Below are positions 25,666-37,538 of a stretch of 64,000 nt of DNA, piece by piece. A model generated the notes under the pieces. The model was not told the DNA's origin. It saw nothing but the letters and a program-made list of their open reading frames with translations, and did no database searches. Both the position numbers and the translations under genes were made by a program. Numbering within the stretch: the first letter of the stretch is position 1; each line of letters begins with the position of its first letter. The stretch is taken from the NCBI RefSeq assembly GCF_033153115.1, contig NW_026889750.1:33542001-33606000 (forward strand), given 5' to 3'. Origin of the DNA: Saccostrea echinata (Eukaryota).

Positions 25666-27895
25666 TCAACTTCCACAACCTCCACATCCCCCACCACACC
25701 CTCCACCTCCCCCATCCCCTCCCCCTCCATCACCGTCTCCATTTTCTCCTCCCCATCCAGATATACCCCAGCCTCCACCACTTTCTTGTTCAAAATATCC
25801 ATCACTATATTCACTTTGATCAATGTCATAAGTTCCCAAAATCGCCTCATCATCATTTTCGGATGGTTGACAAAGTACTTGCAAAACATTGATACAAAAT
25901 ACAAGTGCAATATTTTCCGCACTATCTGTACGAGAAATGTTTAAAGTACCTTTGGAAAAATCAGTTATAAAACTCTGAGGTTTGACTTTAAAGTCATATC
26001 GCAACTGTTCACTGTAAATGTTTTTTTTCGAAGGCTTCCCAACTGTAGGCAATCTAAATAATGTGACCTCTAAGTGTCCTGGACTTCCTTTATGTGCTCT
26101 ACCTGCCTTATGTTTGGTGGCTAAAATACAAAAAATTCCAACATACTGGTAAAATATAACACCCTCTGAGAAAGACAAATTATAATTATATACTTTACAA
26201 TTTACCTTTTACTCCTGGAACACCTTTCCTGACACCTGTCCATCGTCCAACTAATATAGCCCAGTCACCTTCATTATTCTTTATTATCATTGCTTGTTCA
26301 CCATCTTGTGGTGAGAGAGAAATTGGGGGATTCTCCACAGAGGACTGAACCTATTAAAATACAAAATAAACTTTTTGCAAAATTTTCTTGCAGCTTTTGA
26401 AAAAAATATGTATAATGTATGTGCTTTATTTGAGACACTGAAAACTTGTTTATTTGTAAATGTACAAACTCTCGTAAAACTAATAAGTAGAATTTTTTCA
26501 AACCTGAGATGGAGTTGGCAGAGTGTCAGAACCTATCAAATGGCAGACGACACTCAACTTATCGTGATAGTACACGTGAACCACTGACGTCATCAGTGAC
26601 GAACTGTGTATTACGCGTGCTGTGAACATCACTTCTCCGTCTGCGTTTCGTATTCTGAGAAAAAAATAATAATTTCAGAGGAGTGTTATTAAAATACCTT
26701 TATCTATGAGCGCTTTATAACAAATATTTTAGTTTTCCTTTCAACTTACCTGTGATTTGCCACAGAACAACTGTTGTCCACTCCTTCAGGAAGGCGAGGT
26801 AGAGGCATAGGTCCCCAGAGGACTTCGTTGTGTTCCGGAATTAATGTCATCTCAAAGTTTCCTGCTTCCACCTTCAAAACACAGTCTCTGGATTCTGTAA
26901 TCTTGATCGTGTGATGAAGATCAATGGATTCTCCGTTAGATAAACGCACAGTTGAAGACACTTCTGATGAAAGTCTTTTACAATCCTGCAATAATTCTCT
27001 ACAAGTTACTCTGCCGCTTCCAACTAAGGTTTTACTTCCAAATTTCCCAAGAGCGCCGTACTTAAAAAGTTCGATATTGATGGATTCAACCATCTCTGTG
27101 TCGATGTCATATATAGGTATATTGTGGGAGGATGTGCTCCATACCCCTGGACATGCTTCTTTAGCATCAAAAGTTCTTTAACTACTCCATTTCTGAACAC
27201 TGCACTAAGTTTCAGTTGATGAACTTTCAAAGCAGACGTGTAGTCTAAAATTTCTACTTTGTTTAATTGAAGTTTTAAGTGTTTGAAACAGTGCTTGTCA
27301 ATTACTTTGCTGGAAACCGTGAACAGATGACCTTCCGGTGGTTTACCTCTGTACATGGCACCGAATTCTGAAAAGTTCGTTCCAAAAGCTTCCCGCCATA
27401 ACATTCGTGTCTCCTTATCAGAGACTACGAGTTTTGATCCTTCTCTCCTATCATTGACGGAATCATCGTGGTTAAACAATTTCATTAATAATTAGCAGTC
27501 ACATTTAAATTGCTTTAACATACAAGTGGGGGACTTCTTTTGCAATCGCTGGCAATTGATTCATACGATATTCTCATGGACCTACTAGAACATGTATATC
27601 AACATTCAGGTACACACACCACAATGGTCTCCTCTAAACAGGTTTATCAACATACTTTCGACCACAAAGGAGAAGCGTTATTATACGGACAGAGACAGGT
27701 GACGGACAGACAACCAGGCAAATCATATTAATCAAAGAATAAAACTTAATGTCTGAGGCACCTGAATATGGCGAATGTGAGGACAGGTCCTCCATAGAGA
27801 GAAGGGTATTTGTCTATTCTTGTAAGAAAGGCCAGTTCTTTAGTGGCTGCTGCCTGCAAGTCAAAAGAGAATACATAATTCTCCATTTCTCTCAT
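25666..27895 (-). pseudogene. Damaged tandem duplicate of the GRDP/DUF1399 gene
   Basis: Exons 27895-27762, about 27482-26750 (remnant), 26654-26504, 26350-26206, 26120-25666 match the copy at 36221-46342. Lacks about 520 nt of exon 2 including its acceptor and both WHxH motifs; 1-nt deletion near 27145 (CAG GGG TAT versus CAG GGT GTA). Lies between two assembly gaps. Confidence 0.8.
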
Positions 27896-28545
27896 AATGG
27901 TGATCTTTCTCCTAAAATAAAATACTTTATTTGATTGTTGTATTTTCCATCAGATAAATCACAAGTAGTACATGTGTTCCTTATTGTAAAAACAGTGGGA
28001 GCAGTTTGGCGATATTGTGGGGATAATGTGTTGTTTTTTTTCTGTGTGCTACTTTAATCTCGCTTATATATTTATCATATTGTGTTCTATTTTTCATCAG
28101 ATCTTTCGTGAGAAAGTTGCGATAGCAGAATTTTATGTCCACTATTTCAACAACAGTTACGAAAAATTACAAACAGTATCTGTGGTGGGGTTTTATTGCT
28201 GTGCAATAATTTACAATTAACGAGTACTTCTTCCTTTGGAAGGTAGAACAAAATAAGCCTAACTTATGTTCAAAGATCACTTGAATGTAAAGGAATCTAT
28301 CATATTATGTCCATTTACATATATATTATATTGCATAACCTAACAAAGAACACGGTCATATCCGACGAAAATCATTTGTTATTAGACATTCAATATTTAT
28401 TTTTAGAAGCTTCAAAAGTTTTAATGCACAATTTAGGCTAGGGTGTATATTTTATGCATTGAAACGTGCATGCAGTCCTGCTATACTTGGAATTCTACAC
28501 TGTACACTAAGAAGCGATAGCTTATAATAATGATAGGCTCTTTTC

Positions 28546-28685
28546 NNNNNNNNNNNNNNNNNNNNNNNNNNNNNNNNNNNNNNNNNNNNNNNNNNNNNNN
28601 NNNNNNNNNNNNNNNNNNNNNNNNNNNNNNNNNNNNNNNNNNNNNNNNNNNNNNNNNNNNNNNNNNNNNNNNNNNNNNNNNNNNN
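28546..28685. other. Assembly gap
   Basis: Run of N. Confidence 1.
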
Positions 28686-29155
28686 ATTACTGACTTGTCT
28701 TCCAGACCTGTCCATTTACACCTCTTGATTGTAAGGGAAAGTTTGGCCCAAGACCGTATGATGAAATTTCTATATATAGTTTCGTACATGTACATCTGAA
28801 ACACAATCAAATGCCATTAATTTATTAGTTTTTTATCACAAGTTTCTTAAATACAAAATATACACATACATTATGTTTATAATGAGTTAAACAATTGTTT
28901 ATAAAAGATTGTTTGTAAAAGGCCAAGCTACAATATTTCCAGAAGGGGAAAACCCTTACAGGATTTCAGATTTAAACGTAGCTCAAGTATGTGCGGAAAA
29001 GAAATGTCAAAATAGGTTATTTTTTAAGCAAAATCAATGATTTTGAACTGTTTAAAAAATTAACAAGTCCTTACTGTTTCAAACTAGGATGTATATACAT
29101 GTACTTACTTTCTTTTCTATGAATTTAAACCTGCATGTAAGCCTTCTAATCATGC

Positions 29156-29408
29156 TAATTGGTGACACATAAAAAAGAACGGCATGACTGCCTTTGTGGT
29201 TGTCATAAACAATTTATGAAGTTCTGGAAACGTAAAGAAAGTTTCTCGATCAACTCAAATTATTCCGATATCCGCAAACAAGGTTGTTATTCTTAATTTT
29301 TAGCTCAGCTGAGCCAAGGATTTTCTAGAGACTTTCTTTACGTCTTCCCAATCTCATAAATGTTTATGACAACCACGAAGGCAGTTCTTTTTTATGTGTC
29401 ACCAATTA
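29156..29408. mobile_element. Palindromic MITE
   Basis: TAATTGGTGACACATAAAAAAGAAC..GCCTTTGTGGTTGTCATAAACA is mirrored by TGTTTATGACAACCACGAAGGC..GTTCTTTTTATGTGTCACCAATTA. Confidence 0.8.
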
Positions 29409-29441
29409 CATTTAGCATGTTAAGTAGGATAACGGGGGTTG

Positions 29442-30509
29442 CAGGCGCGTAGCCAGAATAGAAATGATGTGTACGCAGAGAACGGCAGGGGTTGGTAGGG
29501 GCAGGGGGTTCTTGACCCACCCACCCCCCCCAGTGTTTAGGGGCTCTGGTCAGGCACGTAATATAGTTTTTGCCAGCCAGGAAAAAATTACAACTTTAAA
29601 AATTTTGAGAAGCAAGGACGAAACGGAAGATTGTCAAAATTCGAAGTCCTATTTCTTGTGTGTGTGTTTATGTGTTTGTTGAGGGGGGGGGGGGGGGGAG
29701 GGGATGGGTGTCCATCTTTCACAAACCAAATTTTTATTAATACATTACCAAATTACCATGATTTAACAATGGTGCAACAAACAGTGGGGGCCCACCCTTT
29801 CAATGTACACTGATTTTCAATAGTAAAAGGTTAGGTTCTGGGAATAAGTTGGGGGGGGGGGCTCCCCTGATACTACGTGCCTGCTGGTGAGGGACCAGAA
29901 GCTCCGGAGTTTTATCAAATATTTCATTCATTTTCTTGAAATATAAAAATTATGCCATTTAGTTTTTGTTTAGGAAATAAAAGACATAGTAATACTTATT
30001 GTTTTAACGAAAATTAATATTCCATGGAAACTTATTGTACATATAATTGAGGCTAAAAATTTAACCGATATAATAATTGGTATCATATAATCATTCTTAA
30101 CGTTTAAAAACAGGTATACAAAATTTAAATAATGAACAAAAAAATATTGTATTGTAAATCATACTAGTAGCTTAGAGTAATCAACGATGTGACTGAAATT
30201 TAATTTTTCAAAGATCTTTAAAAAAAAATATCAATGTATTATAGAACAATGACAAAATAATGAATGATTTATTTGGATTTGGCAGTTATTAAATAAAAGA
30301 TTTCAAATCTTATCATACAGCCATGATAATTTAAAATTTAAATCGACACAGTATGGCACAGAATAATTTGAAACACGAATATTTGTTGGATGGTACTGAG
30401 ATTTTTTTTCTCCGAATAATTCTCTCTTTTTTCCCTTTCTTTTTTTTCTTTTTTCCTGAAAATGATGTGTACGCACTTGCGTATTTGCGTATAGACAGCT
30501 ACGCGCCTG
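29442..30509. mobile_element. Non-autonomous TIR element with 5-bp TSD (outer)
   Basis: TIR CAGGCGCGTAGC...GCTACGCGCCTG; TSD GGTTG at 29437-29441 and 30510-30514; subterminal direct repeat AAATGATGTGTACGCA near both ends. Confidence 0.85.
29551..29883. mobile_element. Related TIR element with 5-bp TSD nested in the previous one
   Basis: TIR CAGGCACGTA...TACGTGCCTG; TSD CTGGT at 29546-29550 and 29884-29888. Confidence 0.85.
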
Positions 30510-30524
30510 GGTTGATTCAAATGT

Positions 30525-31265
30525 AATGTCACAGCTGCTATATAAAATCTTTAATAATCAAAAGTTATGAATAAAATTTGACATACTAATACCCGTATCT
30601 ATTTTAATTTTTGCCTAAAAATTTTATTCGATTACATAAAATACTTTTTTAAAATAATAAGATAAACACAACGCTAAGTTTTGTCTATCGCCGCGCAGCG
30701 AGAATGATACCAACGTCGTTATGACGTTACCTTTCGGCACTCATTTCCTGTTCATCCGCAAATTCTTTTAACCTCTCACGTGCTTCTTCTTAATAACATT
30801 ACTGCCATTTTGCTATAAATCGTCTTGTTTTGAGGTATGGTATTAAAATTATTTAAACTTTGTCCAAATGTTATTTCTAAATTCTTGGAAGTGACAATCC
30901 ACCTTAATTTTTTTATACTCTCTGACAAAAAAAATTCAGCAAATGTATACATATATATATGATGTAGTGAATAAAATAAATAGAAATAGAATCATTTTTA
31001 TAGCTTCCTTTTTGTCTAAATCTTATGTTTCATCAGATTCAAAGTGGGTGTTGAAGAGAAACGTCAAAATAATTTAACGTCGGTACATCCTTGCCGCGAG
31101 GCGTTAGACGAGACCCAACGATGTATTTACTTTAATATTTTAAAAAGTACTGTATACATCTGAATGAAGTTTTAGAGCAAAGACAAAATAGACAGAGGAA
31201 TTAAAATTTTGAAAAAATTATGGAAACTTTTGATTATTAAAAGATTTTATAGCAGTTGTGACATT
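30525..31265. mobile_element. Foldback MITE with long imperfect TIRs
   Basis: AATGTCACAGCTGCTATATAAAATCTTTAATAATCAAAAGTT versus AACTTTTGATTATTAAAAGATTTTATAGCAGTTGTGACATT; inner mirrored CGCCGCGCAGCGAG / CTTGCCGCGAGGCG. Confidence 0.75.
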
Positions 31266-31299
31266 CCTTTTGTTTGCAAGTTTAAATTCATTAAAACAA

Positions 31300-32150
31300 A
31301 ATGGGCGATTAAAGTTTTACAAAGGAATAAAAAGGAAAAAATCTTTTAAAGTCTTCTCAAGAACCACTGTGCCAGAAAGGTTAAAACTTGTGTGAAAGCT
31401 TCTTTATATATATAGTGTAGATTCAAATTCATTCAAATCATGGCCCCCGACAGTGGGAAGGGAAGGATGGGCCAATTTTTGAGCGATCAATGTTTTACAT
31501 AGGAATATACAGGATAAATATTTTAAAATCTTTTTCTCAATAACAGCATATGGCATGTTTAGTCATATTGATATTGAAGCATCCTCAGGTTGTTCGAATG
31601 AAGACCACTACCGGGGGAAAGGGTCGGGCCACAATGGAAGATCAAAGTTTTACACGCAAATATACTGGTTAAAAAATTAAAAATCTTTTCAGAACAGCAA
31701 AGCCATGATTAATCATGTAGATATGGAAACATCCTCAAGTAGTGTACATTCAAATTTATTCAAATCCTGAGGATTAATCATATGGATATGGAAGCATTTT
31801 CAGGTAGTGTAGATTCAAGTTTGTGCAAATCATGATCCCTGGGGTGGAGTGGGGCCAAAATATGTGACCAAAGTTTTACATATGCATATATATTTGGAAA
31901 AATGGAGAAAAATCTGTAATAATTTTCTCTTCTCAAGAAAATAAAGGCACGATTATTAGTCATATAGATAGGGAAGCATCTTTAGGTAGATTATTTTTTT
32001 TTTCAAATCATGAGCCCTGGATGTATATTTAGGGTGGGGCAACAAAAGGCAACCAGTTTTACATAGGAATATATAGGGGGGAAATCTGCTGGTGAAAAAC
32101 AGCAGGGCCATAGTGACTCAGGTAAGCGTTGTGGTCCACGGGCTTCTTTT
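31300..32150 (+). mobile_element. Helentron-type element carrying decayed 166-bp Cg170/HindIII-like satellite monomers
   Basis: About five units of GAAGCATCCTCAGGTAGTGTAGATTCAA.TTTGT.CAAATCATG..CCC.GGGG..GGGCCA; 3' end GACTCAGGTAAGCGTTGTGGTCCACGGGCTTCT typical of this oyster family (recognised from memory, not searched). Confidence 0.75.
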
Positions 32151-32789
32151 CTGTTTTGAGGTCAAGTTCTATTAAATGAGCTTAACCTGTTTCTTTGATG
32201 CTAGATTCCTCACGATTTCATAATTGATTGAAACTTACTCTCCCCCGTACTTTTCTGGATTATTTGAAATATGTAAAAAAAAAAAAAAAAATGAAGCATT
32301 CTCGTTGCATTCAATTTGCAATCACATGAAAATTAATCTGGATATCCATATTCAACATACATGTAATATCATTCTAGAACTGGGGTCAAGAAACCATTTC
32401 CCGATAGACTGTAGGTAATCTGAATACATTTCATTTCTCTGATATGAAAAAAAAAACTCTGTCTAAATACTCTTACTAGATGTTTTATGTATTCCAAACA
32501 ATTCCATCTAAATCACTGCTTCCAATGTAATATTTGAACTAGTACTCATTGAAAATTACAGATAAAACATTTTTTATTGTGTTTTCCAACAAATTATGCC
32601 CCGATACACCTTATTAAATTTTGATCAGCCTATAGTTAAAAAGGCGTCATTAAAAGAATTTTATACAAATAAGAATATAACGTCATAGACTTCTCCACTG
32701 CGTAACGAAGTCAAAATCAAAGTTGTGGAATGATGAAAAAAGATGAGTATCATAATTCTCTTTTTAATATATCGGTGATATTACTCAAC

Positions 32790-32950
32790 GTAAAAGGTAA
32801 AGATAACGAACAGTGATCGATCTCAAAAAAATCCAAGAACAATACAAATATGTGAAGAGGCCTTAAAATACAGACCCCTGGAAATTCCAGAGGTGGGATC
32901 AGGTGCCTAGGAGGAGTAAGCATCTCCTGTTGACCGGTCACACCCGCCTG
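32790..32950 (-). mobile_element. Solo 3'-terminal fragment of the Penelope-like family
   Basis: GGTGGGATCAGGTGCCTAGGAGGAGTAAGCATCTCCTGTTGACCGGTCACACCCGCC matches 19612-19667; a more decayed + strand copy lies at about 33510-33600. Confidence 0.75.
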
Positions 32951-35028
32951 TAAAATGCTAGTAATAACACAGTTCTAGAATGGGTATGAGGAAAATAATA
33001 GATTTCATTTGGGAGGGGGGAGGGCATAATTTTTTTTATTTTCTTTATATCCATTCCATTATTGTAAAATATATTCCCTACAGCACAAACTACATTAGTG
33101 AAACATAACCTCGAAGCATACTACTTGTACTCTTTTTCAATCAGGTACTTACTAGTAAATTTAAATGGTAATTAGTCTTTTATGTTTGCCAGTCAAAATG
33201 AAAACAAATATGTGTGGCAGGGGAACATGAGGGAACTTAGAAGGCTAGACTATTACAAGGCCATCAGACGGAGAGGTGTATCCACTGTATAAAATAAATC
33301 TCGAAAATATCTTTAAAACAAAAAAGGTTCGTTATTCATCTGTTTAAATTAATGCTGGTAAATTTTGTTTACTTAATTTTCAAAAACTAACTTCCAGAAT
33401 GTACCAGACCACACAAAATGACACCCATTTACAAAACTTTTCTGGCTTAGGAACCCTCTAAGACTCTCTCCGAACCCACCTTTCCAGAAACCTGGTGACG
33501 GTCCTACATTGATGGACAGGGGATACTTTAATACTCCTCCATGGCACCTGATCCCCCCTCTGTGTTTTTTAGCTTGATTACTGTTTTATCGCCATTTTTC
33601 ATAGCATTCATATGGAAACTTGATCTACTAAAATTCTGGATCCTGGGGCTAGAATATAATGGTAAGATCAGACGTCAATTTTTACTTTATGCATGTGAGC
33701 TACTGGGCAGAACAGCAAAGCCAAGTTTTACTTAGTCAAAAGGATAATGTAACATCCCAAGAATGTTTGGATTTAAGCTAGGTTTTGTCAAGAATCTCCG
33801 GGGCTAGATTGGGCCACAGTATGGGGTAAAGATTGTTTCAGATCATTAAAGTTAGGAAATATATACATGTATATATAATTTTTAATATCAGTTGGGTAAA
33901 AGTGACTCTGGTTAGGACTGTGGCTAATGGAGTATTTTTGTTATACAATTCATTGTTTGTTTTTATGAAGTGCTTGTCGTTGTTTCCTTCCATCATTTTG
34001 AAAAATCAAGGACACTTTTGTCATCGTGATCGAAGAGCTGCTGTTTAAGATTTTAATTGTGTTTCCATTTACACTCAAATCAAGTATACTTGATTTACTT
34101 GTACTTGATGTACTTGTTATTACTTATACATGTTCTTAGCTTGGCATTTACTAAAGATAAAGAATATGTTCTGATATTGCACAAAACCTGAAAATATTTA
34201 CCATGATCGTTAAATTAATTAATACATTATTAACTGTAATATACCTTTTTTTACCTTCCAATAACATGTAATATGTGTGAGATAACTTTAATTCTTGAAT
34301 AATGCTGTAAAAGTTTAAAAATTAGCTCACATAAAATTAAGCGCAGTCTTCCTTTTTATGGCTTGTATTAGTTAAAATAAGGTATAAACTTCTACATTGT
34401 GAATCAAAACACAAGAAGAAGCGCAAACGGCGTTCAAATATCGCTAAAACAAGTACCTTAACAGTATTCCAGGTAAAGTGGTTTTATTACTTGACGCATC
34501 TAAAATATTTGAAAAAAAAAAGTTGTTGTCAAAGCTTAAAAAGTTATCTTTAACATTTATTGTAGATAATACAACATTTACAATATACATACTACAAAAT
34601 CACAACAAATGTAATAATAACTTTTGAAGAAACTGTTTAAAACTGCAAATATACACTTTAATGAACAAAATCAAAAAGAAAAAGAAAATTATATAAAATA
34701 TTAAGGTTGTTCTAAAATCAATATATATGTATATAAGTATATATCCATTCGGAAGGAAATTCACATTCACAGTTATGGGGACATGCACTACAATTAAATA
34801 ACTTGAGGAACACAAAAATACTGTGTACATTAATAAATATTGTTCTAAAAAAATACACGTATATACCCATAGCACCAGGAATAGTATATCTAAGACAGGT
34901 TTTAATTTGTATTACTGTTTATCTTTTTAAAAAGCATTAAATCATTCAGCCTGCTTCACTTGCAGACATCTCAAACAATCTGCATCAAATTCAGATACTA
35001 GTATTCAACACATACAACTTATTTTCAA

Positions 35029-35850
35029 CTGCAGTTTTGCATTACCGAAAATTAATCGATATTGCACTACCAAAACTATTTCTAATCAAAACCAAAAATA
35101 TTGTCAACAAATATTTTATTAGGTACAATCTTAGAACCAATGTGTAAAATTTCCGAAAATCTAACTTGGACACATTTACTTCTTCCATTTACAAGGATGT
35201 ACCGCACCCCAGACTCATCGCGGGAAGTGGAATAGGATTTAAGAAGGGCGATTTCAATAAATTTAATTAAAAATAAGCATATTTTTTCTTATGAAAATCC
35301 ACTGGCGTTATCAATTTCTAATTAGAACCGGTTTCTAAAGTCATCTGTATGAAAGATTTCGAAAGAAATGGGCTCTTCTATCGGTGTAAAGTACTGACAA
35401 ATAATACAATCATATTTTTGGCACTTTCGCCCACTTTTTACAAAATATTTATATGGATATAAACATAATAAACAATAAAATCTCTTTGTGTGTTTGTTAA
35501 TGCAGGAATGAGTTAACAATTTTCAACATGAAAATACATCGATTACTATAATAACTTTTACAGCCTCAACTCGAGCTTCATTAACAAACTTTCATCGTCT
35601 AGTGCTTCATTGACAAACTTTCATTGTCTAGTGCTTATAGTCTCGTATCTGTTTCTGGCTGATATAATCCAAAAACAGATAGATACTTGGATGACTGATA
35701 TTAAATAATTGGGCACTGAATTTCCAGTGGAATACTCCATTTTGAATTTTCTGTAATAAAATCTAATGTTTTTTTTTTTGGAAATGAAATATAATTAGTT
35801 TTGGTTATGATAACAGGTAAGTTATAAAAATTTTCGGTAATGCTATGCAG
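35029..35850. mobile_element. Non-autonomous TIR element with 10-bp TSD (MULE-like TSD length)
   Basis: TIR CTGCA..GCATTACCGAAAATT / AATTTTCGGTAATGCTATGCAG; TTATTTTCAA at 35019-35028 and 35851-35860. Confidence 0.75.
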
Positions 35851-36220
35851 TTATTTTCAACGCATTCAATTCTGTCTTATTCTCTAAAATGTATCAAAAA
35901 GATATATGTCAATAAAATTGAGTTCAAAAAAAGTTTTCAAAAATTTGTATTTTAATTGCTGCAGTGTTCATTAACAATGACCAAAGCATCACTATATTGT
36001 GAAGATAGCTAATGATTAAAAAAAAATACACACTCTCTCTCTCTCTCATACATTCACCGACAGAGGAACGAAACGACTACTCTACTACGGAGATTGAATA
36101 AAAATATTCATTTCATTGATATACCAAAACGATAGTCTATTTTTTATTTATAAAAAGGAAGACAACTTAAACCATTTATACACGGTTTCAAATTCTGTAT
36201 AATTAACTTGGGGCTAGACT

Positions 36221-37503
36221 TTAACCCCCACAACCACCACAGCCTCCACCACAACCTCCCCCATCTCCCCCACCACCACCATCCCCTCCCCCTGAATCAC
36301 CACCCCATCCCCCTCCATCACCGCCGCCCCCACTGTCACCTCCCCATCCACCGCCACCATCATCTCCTCCTGTATCTCCACCCCAGCCACCACCACCACC
36401 ATCATCCCCGCCGTATCCTCCAGTGTCTCCATCCCAGCCACCACCACTTTCTTCTCCCCCATGCCCGTCGCCCCCTCCACAGCCACCACAACCACCACAT
36501 CCTCCTGGATCGCCATCAGCAGTGTCCACATTCCCATCATCACCATCTTCATCTGCCAACATATTTTCAAAATCCTCATCTTTACAACAAAACATTGCTG
36601 CCTCCCACTGGTCAACCTCTTTATCATCGTCATTGTCATCGTCGTCGTAAACATCTGGCTCATTGAAAGGAGTATCAGATGAATGCATTGGCTCACTCAC
36701 AGTGCCACCAGCATAAACGGGCGTCACATGCTCCTTATCTTCTTTCTTTTTCTTGAAGTGCTTTCTTAGCAGATGATTTGATGGTGAACAAATTTGGAAT
36801 CCAAAAGCCATGACCAAAGCTAGTTTGTCTACCGGAAATTCTTTCTTCCTGCTAACATACGCAGGCATGTCTAGCGTAGTTTCCTTGACTGGTTCCCAAT
36901 CTGGCGGTCTGGGTTGACAAAGTACTTGCAAAACACTAATACAAAATACCAGCGCAAGATTTTCGGCTCCATCTGTTGGAGAGATATTAATTGTACATTT
37001 GGAAAAATCTGCTACAAAACCGTGAAATTTGACTGTGAAATCATAGTAGCGGAATTGTTCACTGTCAAGTTCAAGTATCGAACGCTCCCCAGTAGGTAAT
37101 CTATACATCGTGACCTCTAAGTGGCCTGGACTTCCTCGTATTGGTGCTCTGCCTGCTTTATATTTGGTGGCTAAAATAGAGGAAATTCAGATTGAACATT
37201 GAAGTTTAATAATAACCCCTAGGCCTACCTTTAATTTCTAGAAAGACAATTATAGTTTATGTTAAACAATAGATTTACCTTTCACCCCCGGTACACCCTT
37301 CCTGACGCCTGTCCAGCGTCCAACTAATATAGCCCAGTCGCCATCGTTATTCTTTATTATCATAGCTCGTTCTCCTTTTTGTGGTGAGAGGGTAATTGGG
37401 GGATTCTCCGCAGAGGACTGAACCTATTGCAATAAAATTACACAAGGAAAGTAACTTATTATGTTCCCCAAACGGAGTTTGGGAACATATTGTTTTTACT
37501 CTG

Positions 37504-37538
<35 letters not shown>

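Noticed and set aside
22630-28810. ORFs containing X runs (22630-22983, 28452-28810)
   Set aside because: Artefacts of N gaps.
36290-36450. Prion-protein octarepeat homology (GGGWG)
   Set aside because: Lacks the PH of PHGGGWGQ needed for copper binding; low-complexity convergence is the simpler explanation.
36208-36696. His/Pro-rich ORF 36208-36666 (+) and alternative-frame ORFs 36214-36696, 36423-36650, 36461-36682
   Set aside because: Antisense or off-frame shadows of the Gly/Asp codon-rich GRDP tail.
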